From NCBI RefSeq assembly GCF_963921235.1, contig NC_086108.1:31436001-31500000 (forward strand): a DNA stretch of 64,000 bases. Direction: 5' to 3'. Position 1 is the stretch's first letter; each line of letters opens with the position of its first letter. This DNA comes from Mobula hypostoma. Taxonomy: Eukaryota. The position numbers were made by a program, and so were the translations under genes. Shown piece after piece: positions 35,849 through 48,614 of the stretch. The notes beneath the pieces are model-generated. The model searched no databases and had not been told where the DNA came from. It saw only the letters and a program-made list of their open reading frames with translations.

Positions 35849-38467
35849 TACAGGGGCAGAAGACGCTGGTGGGAGTTGTGTACAGGCCACCTAACAGTAG
35901 TAGTGAGGTCGGAGATGGTATTAAACAGGAAATTAGAAATGTGTGCAATAAAGGAACAGCAGTTATAATGGGTGACTTCAATCTACATGTAGACTGGGTG
36001 AACCAAATTGGTAAAAGTGCTGAGGAAGAGGATTTCTTGGAATGTATGCGGGATGGTTTTTTGAACCAACGTGTCGAGGAACCAACTAGAGAGCAGGCTA
36101 TTCTGGACTGGGTTTTGAGCAATGAGGAAGGGTTAATTAGCGATCTTGTCATGAGAGGCCCCTTGGGTAAGAGTAACCATAATATGGTGGAATTCTTCAT
36201 TAAGATGGAGAGTGACATAGTTAATTCAGAAACAAAGGTTCTGAACTTAAAGAGGGGTAACTTTGAAGGTATGAGACGTGAATTAGCTAAGATAGACTGG
36301 CAAATGACACTTAAAGGATTGACGGTGGATATGCAATGGCAAGCATTTAAAGGTTGCATGGATGAACTACAACAATTGTTCATCCCAGTTTGGCAAAAGA
36401 ATAAATCAAGGAAGGTAGTGCACCCGTGGCTGACAAGAGAAATTAGGGATGGTATCAATTCCAAAGAAGAAGCATACAAATTAGCCAGAGAAAGTGGCTC
36501 ACCTGAGGACTGGGAGAAATTCAGAGTTCAGCAGAGGAGGACAAAGGGCTTAATTAGGAAGGGGAAAAAAGATTATGAGAGAAAACTGGCAGGGAACATA
36601 AAAACGGACTGTAAAAGCTTTTATAGATATATAAAAGGAAAAGACTGGTAAAAACAAATGTAGGTCCCCTGCAGACAGAAACAGGTGAATTGATTATGGG
36701 GAGCAAGGACATGGCAGACCAATTGAATAGTTACTTTGGTTCTGTCTTCACTAAGGAGGACATAAATAATCTTCCAGAAATAGTAAGGGACAGAGGGTCC
36801 AGTGGGATGGAGGAACTGAGCGAAATACATGTTAGTAGGGAAGTGGTGTTAGGTAAATTGAAGGGATTGAAGGCAGATAAATCCCCAGGGCCAGATGGTC
36901 TGCATCCTAGAGTGCATAAAGAAGTAGCCCAAGAAATAGTGGATGCATTAGTGATAATTTTTCAAAACTCATTAGATTCTGGACTAGTTCCTGAGGATTG
37001 GAGGGTGGCTAATGTAACCCCACTTTTTAAAAAAAGAGGGAGAGAGAAACATGGAAATTATAGACCGGTTAGCCTAATGTCGGTGGTGGGGAAACTGCTG
37101 GAGTCAGTTATCAAGGATGTGATAACAGCACATTTGGAAAGCGGTGAAATGATCGGACAACGTCAGCATGGATTTGTGAAAGGAAAATCATGTCTGACGA
37201 ATCTCATAGAATTTTTTGAGGATGTAACTGGTAGAGTGGATAGGGGAGAACCAGTGGATGTGGTATATTTGGATTTTCAAAAGGCTTTTGACAAGGTCCC
37301 ACACAGGAGATTAGTGTGCAAACTTAAAGCACACGGTATTGGGGGTAAGGTATTGGTGTGGGTGGAGAATTGGTTAGCAGACAGGAAGCAAAGAGTGGGA
37401 ATAAACGGGACCTTTTCAGAATGGCAGGCGGTGACTAGTGGGGTACCGCAAGGCTCAGTGCTGGGACCCCAGTTGTTTACAACATATATTAATGACTTGA
37501 ATGAGGGAATTAAATGCAGCATCTCCAAGTTTGCGGATGACACGAAGCTGGGTGGCAGTGTTAGCAGTGAGGAGGATGCTAAGAGGATGCAGGGTGACTT
37601 GGATAGGTTGGGTGAGTGGGCAAATTCATGGCAGATGCAATTTAATGTGGATAAATGTGAAGTTATCCACTTTGGTGGCAAAAATAGGAAAACAGACTAT
37701 TATCTGAATGGTGGCCGATTAGGAAAAGGGGAGGTGCAACGAGACCTGGGTGTCATTATACACCAGTCATTGAAAGTGGGCATGCAGGTACAGCAGGCGG
37801 TGAAAAAGGCGAATGGTATGCTGGCATTTATAGCGAGAGGATTCGAGTACAGGAGCAGGGACGTACTACTGCAGTTGTACAAGGCCTTGGTGAGACCACA
37901 CCTGGAGTATTGTGTGCAGTTTTGGTCCCCTAATCTGAGGAAAGACATCTTTGCCATAGAGGGAGTACAAAGAAGGTTCACCAGATTGATTCCTGGGATG
38001 GCGGGACTTTCATATGAAGAAAGACTGGATGAATTGGGCTTGTACTCGTTGGAATTTAGAAGATTGAGGGGGGATCTGATTGAAACGTATAAGATCCTAA
38101 AGGGATTGGACAGGCTAGATGCAGGAAGATTGTTCCCGATGTTGGGGAAGTCCAGTACGAGGGGTCACAGTTTGAGGATAAAGGGAAAGCCTTTTAGGAC
38201 CGAGATGAGGAAAAACTCCTTCACACAGAGAGTGGTGAATCTGTGGAATTCTCTGCCACAGGAAACAGTTGAGGCCAGTTCATTGGCTATATTTAAGAGG
38301 GAGTTAGATATGGCCGTTGTGGCTACGGGGGTCAGGGGGTATGGAGGGAAGGCTGGGGCGGGGTTCTGAGTTGGATGATCAGCCATGATCATAATAAATG
38401 ACGGTGCAGGCTCGAAGGGCCGAATGGCCTACTCCTGCACCTATTTTCTATATTTCTATGTTTCTAT
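35849..38467 (+). mobile_element. Young 5'-truncated CR1 LINE (partial APE, RT, 3' UTR)
   Basis: ORFs 35845-36651 (VVYRPP, MGDFN) and 36690-38369 (559 aa: NYRPVSL, YLDFQKAFDKVPH, GVPQGSVLGP, FADDTK) separated by one frameshift; TTTCTAT(G) tail. Confidence 0.97.
36690..38369 (+). CDS. CR1 reverse transcriptase ORF (transposon-encoded, N-terminally incomplete)
   Basis: 559-aa uninterrupted ORF with canonical non-LTR RT motifs. Confidence 0.9.
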   Translation: MIMGSKDMADQLNSYFGSVFTKEDINNLPEIVRDRGSSGMEELSEIHVSREVVLGKLKGLKADKSPGPDGLHPRVHKEVAQEIVDALVIIFQNSLDSGLVPEDWRVANVTPLFKKRGREKHGNYRPVSLMSVVGKLLESVIKDVITAHLESGEMIGQRQHGFVKGKSCLTNLIEFFEDVTGRVDRGEPVDVVYLDFQKAFDKVPHRRLVCKLKAHGIGGKVLVWVENWLADRKQRVGINGTFSEWQAVTSGVPQGSVLGPQLFTTYINDLNEGIKCSISKFADDTKLGGSVSSEEDAKRMQGDLDRLGEWANSWQMQFNVDKCEVIHFGGKNRKTDYYLNGGRLGKGEVQRDLGVIIHQSLKVGMQVQQAVKKANGMLAFIARGFEYRSRDVLLQLYKALVRPHLEYCVQFWSPNLRKDIFAIEGVQRRFTRLIPGMAGLSYEERLDELGLYSLEFRRLRGDLIETYKILKGLDRLDAGRLFPMLGKSSTRGHSLRIKGKPFRTEMRKNSFTQRVVNLWNSLPQETVEASSLAIFKRELDMAVVATGVRGYGGKAGAGF

Positions 38468-38959
38468 ATCCCAACACTGTCTGTAAAGAGCTTGTTCACC
38501 CTCCCGTGACCAGATGGGTTTTCTCTGAGTGTTCCAGTTTCCTTCCATATTCTGAGGACATGTGGGTCAATAGGTTAATTGGTCACATGGGTGTAATTGG
38601 ATGGTGTTGTCTCATTGGGCCGGTTACCGTGCTGTATATCTAAATGAATAAACAAATCTGCTCCATTATTCAACAGGGTCTTGGCAAACCTTCCTCCCCC
38701 AACACCATTTTCCTGCAGTATCGCTGTAGCCTTTACATCCAACTATCTACTGATGTTTGTTTAGTGGAGATAAAAGAGCCAGTAGATGCTGGGATCCTAG
38801 CAAAAAAAAGAGTTGCTAGTGGAACTCAATAGGTCAATCACAAAGAACATGTGAACCTCTGCAGTATTCAGTGGCAGGGAATTCCAAAGGAAAGGAAAAA
38901 TAATTCCCCTCATCTCAATCCTATATGTCTTACTCATTATTATTGCATGATATGATATA

Positions 38960-39965
38960 ACTGTGGTCTGACTTGCAGACCACAGTTTGCGCGGCTTCAG
39001 AGCTGTGTGTCAGACATGGTTATAAACAGCACTGGGGACTGTATTGGCTCCCTTCCTGTTTACCTTGTATACCTCAGACGTTAGATACAACACTGGCTCA
39101 TGTCATCTGCAGAAATTCTCTGAAGACTCAGTAATAGTTGGGTGTATAAAGGGAGGACGGGGGGATGAATACAGGGCCCTGGTGGAACACTGTCAAATGG
39201 TGCAAGCTGAATCATCTGCAACTTAACATTAGTAAGACAAAGGAGATGGTGATGGACTTTAGGAAGATTAATCCTGCACTGCTCCCTGTTACTATTGATG
39301 GTGAGGACGTGGATGTGGTGAGGACCTACAAGTACCTGAGGGTGCACCTTGATGACAGACTTGAGTGGAGCACCAACACAGAGGCTGTGTACAAGAAGGG
39401 CCAGAGTTGCCTCTACTTCCTGTAGGGACAGAAGTCCTTTGGAGTATGCAGGCATCTCCTTCACATGTTCTACCAGTGTGTTGTCACCAGTACAAACTTC
39501 TATGTGATGATGTGTTGGGACAATGGCATCAACAGAGGTGATGCCAACGAGCTCAATAAACTGATTAGAAAGGCTGGCTCAGTTATAGGAGTCAAACTGG
39601 ACACACTGGAAGCTGTGGTAGAACAAAGGCCCCTACGGAAAATCCTGGCAATTGTGGAGAATGTTTCTCACCCCCCACATGCCACTTTGGCTGAACAGAG
39701 GAGCACTGTTAGTAATAGACTAAGACAACTGCATTGCTCCAAAGAGCGCTATATGAGGTCATTCTTACCCTCAGTCATTAGTTTCTATAGTGAGTCAACC
39801 TATAGACAGGGAAGTGATGACCCCATCCTGTTAGGCTGCTTGATGTAACTTATTTTTTATTATTTCTTACTTTTCTTCTAATATCTGTATATCTGTGCAC
39901 TTGTAATGCTACTGTGACACTGTAATTTCCTTTGGGATCAATACAGTATCTGTCTATCTTTCTAT
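38960..39965 (+). mobile_element. Rex1/Babar-type LINE RT and 3' end
   Basis: LAPFLFTLYTSD..HLQKFSEDS, NHLQLNISKTKEMVMDFRK, YKYLRVHLDDRLEWS, MFYQCVVTS; (TATC)-like tail. Confidence 0.85.
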
Positions 39966-40749
39966 AATGTTCTTCCAATTTGCTTTTGGCCTCTCCCGAA
40001 CAATGGACAAAGCTGAGGACTGACAGATTAACATGGAGTGGGAAGGAGAGTAAAAATGACATGACCAGTTTTCTCCTCCCTTTGTTCACCTCATTTCTCC
40101 CCATCTGGTTCCTACTATCACCCACAGGCTTCAATCCTACCATCAAACTTATCATAACGTTACACAGTGGCAATATTTCCTTGTCTCTCTCAGTTCTGAT
40201 GCAGAATGTTGTCTCAATATGTCGGTTATCCATTCTGCTTTCACAGATCCTGCTTCACCTATTGAATTCTTCCAGTGTTGCGCATAATATTTCGAAGATT
40301 CTTCCAGGAAAACTTTAAGCCCTGCATCCCATCCATGAAACTGGTGGAGTGTGTTATTTGCCCATCACAGAATCTGTCTGCATTTTGTTCCTCTGTAGGG
40401 AGGTCAGGCAGATTGTATTCAGAGAGGACCTGGTTGGTGTGTCCATTCAGTTTCCAGTAAGCAGATAAGTTTGGTTTTACGCATGGAACAGCCTGGTGGC
40501 AAGGGGAATCTTGTTCAGAATTAACCACATCTGAAACTTTTGCTCCAAATCCTTCTGCTCCCATGTAAGAGACAAAGATATTATTGAGACGACATACCTA
40601 ACACAAATATTTACTCATAGAATGGCACTGAGGAGATGCTAAAGCATGATGAAAGCTGAAATTCGCTTCCTATACCAAGCAAAAGAAAACTAAAGAAAGG
40701 TTTGCACCAAGATATCCGGGGGCCAATCAATTTGAACTGTGGTGATATT

Positions 40750-43700
40750 AGAAGACCATAAGACACTGGAGCAGAATTAGGCCATTCAGCCCATCACGTC
40801 TGCTTCGCCATTTAATCATGGCTGATCCATTTTCCTCTCAACCCCATCCTCCTGCCTTCTTCCCATAACCTTTCACACCCTGACTGATCAAGAACCTACC
40901 TCCACCTTAAATACACCCAATGACCTGGCCTCCACAACCATGTGTAGCAATGAATTCTGTAGATTTATCACCCCCGGCTAAAAAAATTCTTCAGCTCTGT
41001 TCTAAATGGACATCGCTCTATACCGAGGCTGTGCCTTCTGGTCCTAGACTTCTCGGAAACATCCTCTCCACATCCATTCTATCTAGGCCTTTCAACATTC
41101 GATAGGATTCAATGAGATCCCCCTCATTCTTCTAAATTCCAGCAAGTATGGACCCAGAGCAATCAAATGCTCCTCATATGATAAGCCTTTCAATCCCGGA
41201 GTCATTTTTGTGAATGCCCTTTGAACCCTCTCCATTGTTAGCACTTCTTTTCTTCGGTAAAGGTTCCAAAACTGCTCACAATACTCCAAGTGAGGTCTCA
41301 CCAATAACTCATAAAGCCCCAGCATTACATCATTGTTTGTACATTCTAGTCCTCTCAAAATGTTCAAAGTTCAAAATTCTGGAGTTCAAAGTAAATGTTA
41401 TTATTAAAGTACATACGTGCCACCATTTACAACCCTGAGATTCATCTTCCTGCTGGCATACTAAGGAAGTCTATAGAATAGTAACTATAACAGGATCAAT
41501 GAAAGATCAACCAGAGTGCAAAAGACAAAAACTGTGCAAAGGCAAATATAAATAAATAACATGAAAATGAGATCCCAAGATAAAGAGTCCTTAAAGTGAG
41601 ATAATTGTGGGAAAATCTCAATGGATGGGCAAATGAGCGTAGTTATCCTTCATTTTGTTTAATAACTTGATGGTTGAGGGGTAGTAACCATTCTTGATCC
41701 CAGTGATGCAAGTCCTGAGGCTTTTTTTACCTTCTACCTGATGGCAACAGCGAGAGAAGAGCACAGTCTGGGTGGTGGGGATCTCTGCTTTCCTATACCC
41801 GTGCTTCGTGTAGATGTGCTCAATGTTTGGGAGGGTTTACCCATGATGTACTGGGCTGAATCTATTACCTTTTGGAAGATTTTCTGTTCAGCAGCATTGA
41901 TGTTTCCAATACACCTTCCAAAACACATCCATAGAAGTTTGTCAAAGTTTTAGATGTCGTGCCAAATTTCTACAGACTCCTCAGGAGGTAGGCGCACTGC
42001 TATGCTTTCTTCACATTTGCAATTATGTGCTGGGTCCAGGACAGGTTGCTCTGGAATAGTAACACCCGGGAATTTAGAGTTGCTAACCCTCCCCACCTCT
42101 GATCCTCCAGTAAGAACTGGCTCATGAGCCTCTGCTTTCCCTCTCCAGCAGTCCACAATCAGTTCCTTGGTCTTGCTGACGCTGACATCGAGAGAGAGGT
42201 TGTTCTTATGACACCATTGCATTTGCCTTCCTCACCACTGACTAAACTCTTTAGAGAATCCTGCACGAGGACTCCCAGGTCCCTTTCCACCTCATATTTT
42301 TGAAATTTCCCGTCCTCTGGAACCATTCCAGAATCTAGTGACTCTTGAAAGATTATTACTAATGTCGCCACAATCTTATCAGCTACCTCTTTCAGAACCC
42401 TCGACTGTAGTCCAGCTGGTCCAGGTGACTTATCTACATTCAGGCCTTTCAGCTTCCCAAGCATCAACTCCATAGTAATAGCAGCTACATTCACTTCTGC
42501 CCCCTGCGCTCTTGAACATCAGGCATATTGTTAGTATCGTCCACAGTGAAGTCTGATGCAAATACTTATTCAGTTTGTCCTCCATTTCCTTGTCCCTATT
42601 ACAAACTCTCCAGCGCCGTTTTCCTTCAGTCCAAAATTCACTTTCACCTCTCTCTTTACTCTTTATATACCTGAAAAAACTTCTAGTATCTTCTTTTAAA
42701 TTATTGGCTAGCGTACCTTTATATTCCATCCTTTCGATAAGTTTCAAAAGGTTTCAATAGGTACATTTAATGTCAGAGTAATGTATACAATGTACATCCT
42801 GAAATGCTTTTTCTTTGCAAACCTTCAAGAAAACAGAGTGCCCTGAAGACAGTTAAATGTTAGAGCCCCAAAGCACCCCCCAACACCCCTCACCCACACA
42901 CAAGCAGCAGCAAGGCAACAACCACCCCTCCCTCTGCCACGACCAAAAAAGCATTGGGGCCCCCACCAAGCACTCAAGCATGCAGCAAAGCATCAAGAAA
43001 GGCACAGACTTGCAGTACTCCAAAGACTACTCGTTCATCCGGTATTTGACATACCACAGGCTCTCTCTCTCCCTAATAAGGAAAAAAGTGGTGTTTCCGT
43101 TTCACAGCAAGAGAGGAGACTAAACAAAACAACTCGCTGATTTATGGTATTAAAAGTCTGTTATGTTGCTTTTTCTGAGCTCTGTGCCTCTGGGCACACA
43201 GCCAACAGCAAGCTCGCTACTTCCGATCTTCCTTGTTCTCCCACGACGCATCAGATGGCGGCAGTGGCACCAGCCTTGAATCCACCTGCCTCCAGGTCCA
43301 AGAAGATCTGGCGTCCTGAAGGTGCACTAGTATTCTAGGGCATGTCCTCGTCATATCGAAAAGCGGCCGATCGTGAGACCCTGAGAGCGGGTCCCATTCC
43401 CTCAAAGAACTGAAGTCAGAGTGCAACTCCAAAAGAACCTTGAAAGGGAAAAAAAGCAGCCTTTTGCTCCTTAAGGCTGATTTAGTTGCCTTCTGTTGGC
43501 TTTTAAAACATCCCAACCTTCACACTATTATATGCTCTATTATATGCCCTCTCTTTTGCTTTTATGTTGGCTTTGACAATCCTTGTTGGCCACGGTTGTG
43601 TCATCCTGCCTTTAGAATACTACTTCTTCTTTGGGATGTATCTATCTTATGCGTTTCGAGTTGTTCCTAGAAACTCCAGCTATTGCTTCTCTTCTGTCAT

Positions 43701-43900
43701 CCCTGCTAGCAACTCCTTCCAATCAACTTTGGCTAATTCCTGCCTCATGCCTCTGTAATTTCATTTACTCCACTGTAATATTGATACATCTGACTTTAAC
43801 TTCTCCTTCTCAAATTCCAGGGTGAATTCTGACATATTATGATCATTGTTTCCTAGGTGTTCCCTTACTTTAAGTTCCCTAATCAAATCCAGTTTATTAG
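40750..43900 (-). mobile_element. Degenerate CR1 carrying a Rex-type insertion (41360-42215) and a non-coding repeat (42740-43465)
   Basis: VRPHLEYCEQFW at 41092-41367; NVDKSPGPAGL at 42159-42494; Rex motifs WCHKNNLSL..SKTKELIVD and QKVIDSAQYIMG. Confidence 0.8.
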
Positions 43901-44669
43901 AATAGCTGATATTTACTGTTATGTTGATCATTATTTCCTCTGGGCCTTAGATTCTAAGATGTTGACTCTGGGACTGTGGTGTCCTTTTAGAGGCTGCGAC
44001 ATCAGGCTGGTTAGAAATGACTGACCCTCAGTCACCCTCAGCTTGACACCCACCCCCAACTCTTGCTTAGAAAGAGGGTTTTGAAACAAGAGGGCGCCAT
44101 CACGTAACCACAAGTCAGTTGTTCCTTTCTATCCTTCCCATCATATACCCCTCTCCATTTCAACTGAGTGCCTGATATTTGAGCCCCTCCAGAATCAATT
44201 GTGTTTCATGATGTGTGTGTAATGAAACCTCCTGGTAGTAAAGATAGAAGGTTTTGGCTGCATTTAAGGTGGTATGAATTATATACCTCATTATATTTAC
44301 GCAGGTCTGGAATGTGCTTTGTGGTTATTTGAGCGGCTGTGCTACTTGTCGCCCTACAATGACACCCCACCCTACTCTCCACTCTTCCACTTCCCTCTCC
44401 TCACCTCACTCCTCCACCCACCACTACCAGCTCTCACTGTGAACAGCTGCTTTAATGGATAAAGGCATAGATTACCACAAAGCTTAAAAAAGACTGGCCA
44501 GAACTATGTTCAACTACATGAATAAAATTATTTTCACAATAAGCTGCTTGGGTGCAAATGTGAACATTTCTAGAGAGGTGCAATTGTACTGGAGGGTGTG
44601 AATGAGATTCACCCAGTTGTTGCCTGAGATGAAATATCTCACTCATGAGGAGAGACTGGAAAGGCTGGG

Positions 44670-44788
44670 ACTGTGCAAGGCTGTAGCGGAGGCTATTGGG
44701 AACAATTCTGCCACTTTGTAGCTGCATCCACTATTACCAACAAATTTGTGCCGATATATGGTCTGGCAAAATCCACATAAATTCTGCA
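44670..44788 (-). mobile_element. Gypsy/Ty3 integrase fragment
   Basis: Minus strand reads RIYVDFARPYIGTNLLVIVDAATKW, then after a frameshift ELFPIASATA, matching the rve motif RIHVDFAGP....LV.VDA..KWPE. Confidence 0.75.
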
Positions 44789-44849
44789 TCACTTCACACT
44801 GCCTTGTCCAATGCCATTTCTTCCCGATCTTGTCGATCCACGTAGAAGT

Positions 44850-46581
44850 TAATATTGTCTCCCAAGCTCTTGTCAACTTTGAGCAAAAATTCAACCACAG
44901 TGTCAAAAAGATCAAAGAAACGTTTTAAGCAGCAGCTTTTTGACAGTCAAAGCACTTCAGTGTGAAGCAAGCAAGCATTCAAACTCTTCAACATTATCTT
45001 GGCAAAATATTCTGCTATTTAATAGCTGAGCTTTAATTTTTTTGAATGCAGATACTACAAGAGTTATGCTTGAAAAATGTCACTGGCTGAGGTTTTTGGC
45101 TGTGAGATGTTGATGATAAATTACACAATGGATTCCAAGCAAGCTAGTTTTTTTCATAAGTGCCACTAAACCAGCATGGCAACCATATATGGTGCTCCAT
45201 CTGTTGCCCAAGAAATCATGTTCCTAATCAGAAAACTTTTATCCTCAATATACATTTTGAACTTGTTGTAGATGGATTCTCCATTGATTTTTTTTTACTT
45301 TTTACAGGACAGAATCTCTTCATAAACTTTTTCATTTTGATAAACCGTACATATTCCATTAGCAATGCCTCATTGTCTTGCAAAGTTGACTCATCCAGCT
45401 GTATCCCAAATTCTGTTTTCAGTAGCTCTGTGTATAGTTGATACTCAATGCCTCCATTCATTTTGTCAATATGATGAGCTACAGGGTTATTACTCAGAGG
45501 AATTGATTTTAAAATACTGTTATCTATTTTGAGTGTGCAATGTTTTTCAGATGCTTCTTTCATCTTCTGGAACTGCGTACGTAAGCTTTTCAGGGTATCT
45601 TATACAGAATCTTGATGGGTCCATGGCCATTACACAGCACAGTATTACAAATAAGACATATGGGGCATTGCTGATCTGATAGGAATGGAATAAAAGCATA
45701 CTCCAGGGAGGTAACATTGGATTGACACACCTGCTGCAGTTTCTCTTTCTTAGCAGGATTAGAATTCAAGGTTTTGCCATTTTCAGACTCAAAGAGATCA
45801 CAACATCCCGTCGGATGTTGACGGCGACAGTGAGTTGGCACGGATGGAACGATGGTAGTGGCATGCAAAGGAACAGCGAGGTTAAAATGAAGATGATCGC
45901 AACAGCGAAAATTACGTTGATAAAGATTCAGGTTGGAATCTAAATATTAGTCGGGATACGCTGGTGTTTGGCAAGCTACCTTTATACTATTCCAGTTAGC
46001 ATGATTGACCAATCATGTAAGGTCTCCTAATCCCCAAAGATGGTTCTTGACCGGACATATGAAGCCAAGGTCACTTTGAACACTTCAAGAGGAATCCTTG
46101 GGGGTGGCAGGTTCACTGATTGGCTCTATTTCACCATTTGGTTCCAGCCAACGCCGTATCATTGTGCAACCTGATTTCTGTAGATCTGTAGGGGAAATTG
46201 AGAGGTTGTACTTGACTTACCAGCTGTTAAATTGCATACATTTGTTTCCTGCCACAAATCAAGGGAAACTGTTGGGGATTGTTGGTTGCTAATTTATTCA
46301 TCCCAGTAATGTTTGTTTGGTTGGTGAGGTTGGATGAGATCGCTGAGTTTCAGACGCTTTGTGACGGTGAGTGCTCACCGCCTGCAGAGCTTTGGTTCTT
46401 CCTGTGTTCCAGTGCCTCATCCATTTTTTTGGAAGTGCCTATTCTAGTAACGGTCAGTTAGGTCTCGTGCCTCTAGTTAAGGTATCACTTACAGGCCCCC
46501 CCCCCCGAGAATCCTGAATACCACCCCCAACGACTTCTATTTCCCCTAACGCCGTAAAACCACTTCCGCTGGGAATCGCTG
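44850..46581 (-). mobile_element. hAT (Charlie/Buster, ZBED5/SCAND3-like) transposon fossil, 3' truncated
   Basis: TIR-like CAGCGATTCCC at 46581; BED-like CPICLICNTVL; IPLSNN..FGIQLDEST; ATDGAP; IHCVI..QHL; RFFDLFD. Confidence 0.85.
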
Positions 46582-46749
46582 ATCTACCTTATTGCCTGTG
46601 CTGTTTGTATTCAAATATAACACCTTCTGTCCTAAAATCATCACCCCTTTCCGACTTACACTTCAACTCATCCCACTGACTGCAATTCTGCTCTGCCATC
46701 TGCCTGTCCTTCCTCTCTGACTCACAACACAATACATTAATTTGTAAAC

Positions 46750-47452
46750 TGAGGTGCAAAGGGACTTGGGAGACCTTGTGCATGATTCCCTAAAGGTTAA
46801 TTTGCAGGTGACATATGCAATGTTAGTATTAATTTCAAGAAGATGAATATAAAAACAAGAATGTAATGTTGAGACTTTATAAAGCACTGGCAAGGCCTCA
46901 CTTGAAGCATTGTGAGCACCTTTGGGCCCCTTACCTAGAAAGGATATGCTGAAACTGGAGAGGGTTCAAAAGAGGATCATAACAAATGATTCCAGGATTG
47001 AATGGTTTGTCATATGAAGAGCATTCGATGGTTGTGGGCCTGTATTCACTAGAATTCAGAAGAGTGAGGGGAGACCTCATTGAAATTTATTGAGTGGTGA
47101 AAGGCCTTGATAGAGTAGATACGGAGAGGACGTTTCCGGTAATGGGAGAGTCTAAGGCCAGTGGACAGCCTCAGACTAGAGGGGCGTCCTTTTTAGAATG
47201 GAGATGAGGAGAAATTTCTTTAGCCAGTGAATGGTGAATCTGTGGAATTCTTTGCCACAGATCATGAAAGTCTTTATGTATATTTAAGGCATAGGTTGAT
47301 AGATTCTTGATCGGTCAGGGCACAAAGGGATATGGGGAGAAGGCAGGAGATTGGGGCTGAGAGGAAAATTAGATCAGCCATGATGAAATGATGGAGCAGA
47401 CTTGATGGGCCAAATGGCCTAATTCTGCTCCTATATCTTATGGTCTTATAGT
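46750..47452 (+). mobile_element. CR1 3' fragment inserted into a minus-strand CR1 5' region (46582-46745 and 47452-47640)
   Basis: CTTTATAAAGCACTGGCAAGGCCTCACTTGAAGCATTGTG; TCTTATGGTCTTAT tail. Confidence 0.8.
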
Positions 47453-47699
47453 ATACCAACTGCCCCCATCTTCAGCCCGATCAATCTGGTTCCCACCCCT
47501 TGCCAAATTAGTTTAAACCTTCCCCAACAGCTCAAGCAAACCTGCCTGCAAGGGTATTAGTCATCCTTGGGTTCGGCGGTAACCCATCATTTTTGTACAA
47601 ATCATCCCCAGAAGAGATCTTAATGATCCAGAAATTTGAAACTCTAACCATAACTATATATAAATAATAAGAAGATGTGAAATGTGGGATAAGTTAACA

Positions 47700-48022
47700 G
47701 AGTCACAGAGTCATACAGCTTAGAATGGCAGGTCCTTCCATCAACCATGCTGATCATCAACCACAATTTACTGCTGAATTTATCTTGTTCTTCCCACATT
47801 CCTATCAGTTTCCTCCAGATTCTACCATTCAACTCCACACGGGATCAATGTGCAGTGGCTAATTAACCCACCAAGCCGCCAGGTTTTGGGTGTGGGAGAA
47901 AGCACACATGGTCCCAGGAAGAAGGTGCAAACTGCACACGGGTAGCACCTGGGGTCTGGATTGAACTCAGATCTCTGGACCTGTGGGGCAGTAGATCTAC
48001 CAGTTGTGCCACAGAGCTGTCC
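47700..48022 (-). mobile_element. tRNA-derived SINE
   Basis: Minus 5' end ACAGCTCTGTGGCACAACTGGTAGA...CTGAGTTCAATCC (A and B boxes); CR1-like 3' tail. Confidence 0.7.
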
Positions 48023-48614
48023 GTGTAGAAGCAAGAGGAAGAGGATGAACAGAGAAGACTTCCTGTCTGACGCCACACATTTAGAGAGTAATCTTCAGAC
48101 CAGAATATTAGCATTCTTGTGATTTTGCAAGAATTTATTGCAGGACCTGGCATTTGAGGATGCATTCTCTGGAAACAGCAACTGAATGAGGATATCCACC
48201 TTTTTGATGTGCTCTAGGGTTGGGGGGCTTGATTCCTGTCATTGAACATTAGTTATTTTTTTCCTGTTATCTTTCAATCAAGGTTTTTTTTGGAGGAGTT
48301 CCTGGCCTGGCCTTCCAAACATACAGTTCGACTCTCACACTTTCTGTCTCCCCTGTCAGAGCCCTTACTCCATTGACCACTGCTGTGCTATGCACCAATG
48401 TTTCCATGTAAGGTTCACTTGGAGAAAGATTGTCAACAATCTGCCAAAATACTTCTTATGATGCGGAAGAAATCATTTGCCTATTATGTGCATTAGCCCA
48501 TACTCATGCCATCCACTGATATATTTTCCCACAACCCATCCTCCCTCTCATACCCATCAACAAAACAGTGACTCCTACTGGTAATTTATCGCAGAAATTT
48601 AACCTACCAACAGC

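Larger units (their letters stand above)
35800..38652 (+). mobile_element. V-SINE-type element split by a CR1 insertion
   Basis: 5' part GGCACGGTAGCTTAGTGATTGGCG (A-box-like) at 35803-35848; remainder TCCCAACACTGTCTGTAAAGAG...GTTACCGTGCTGTATATCTAAA at 38469-38652. Confidence 0.75.

Noticed and set aside
40259..40564. 101-aa minus-strand ORF (MGAEGFGAKV...)
   Set aside because: No recognisable domain, its end runs into a Penelope-related repeat, and there are no clear splice sites. Not fully excluded without a homology search.
44084..44102. CTCF site (ACAAGAGGGCGCCA)
   Set aside because: Only the 3' half matches; the conserved 5' CC positions are absent.
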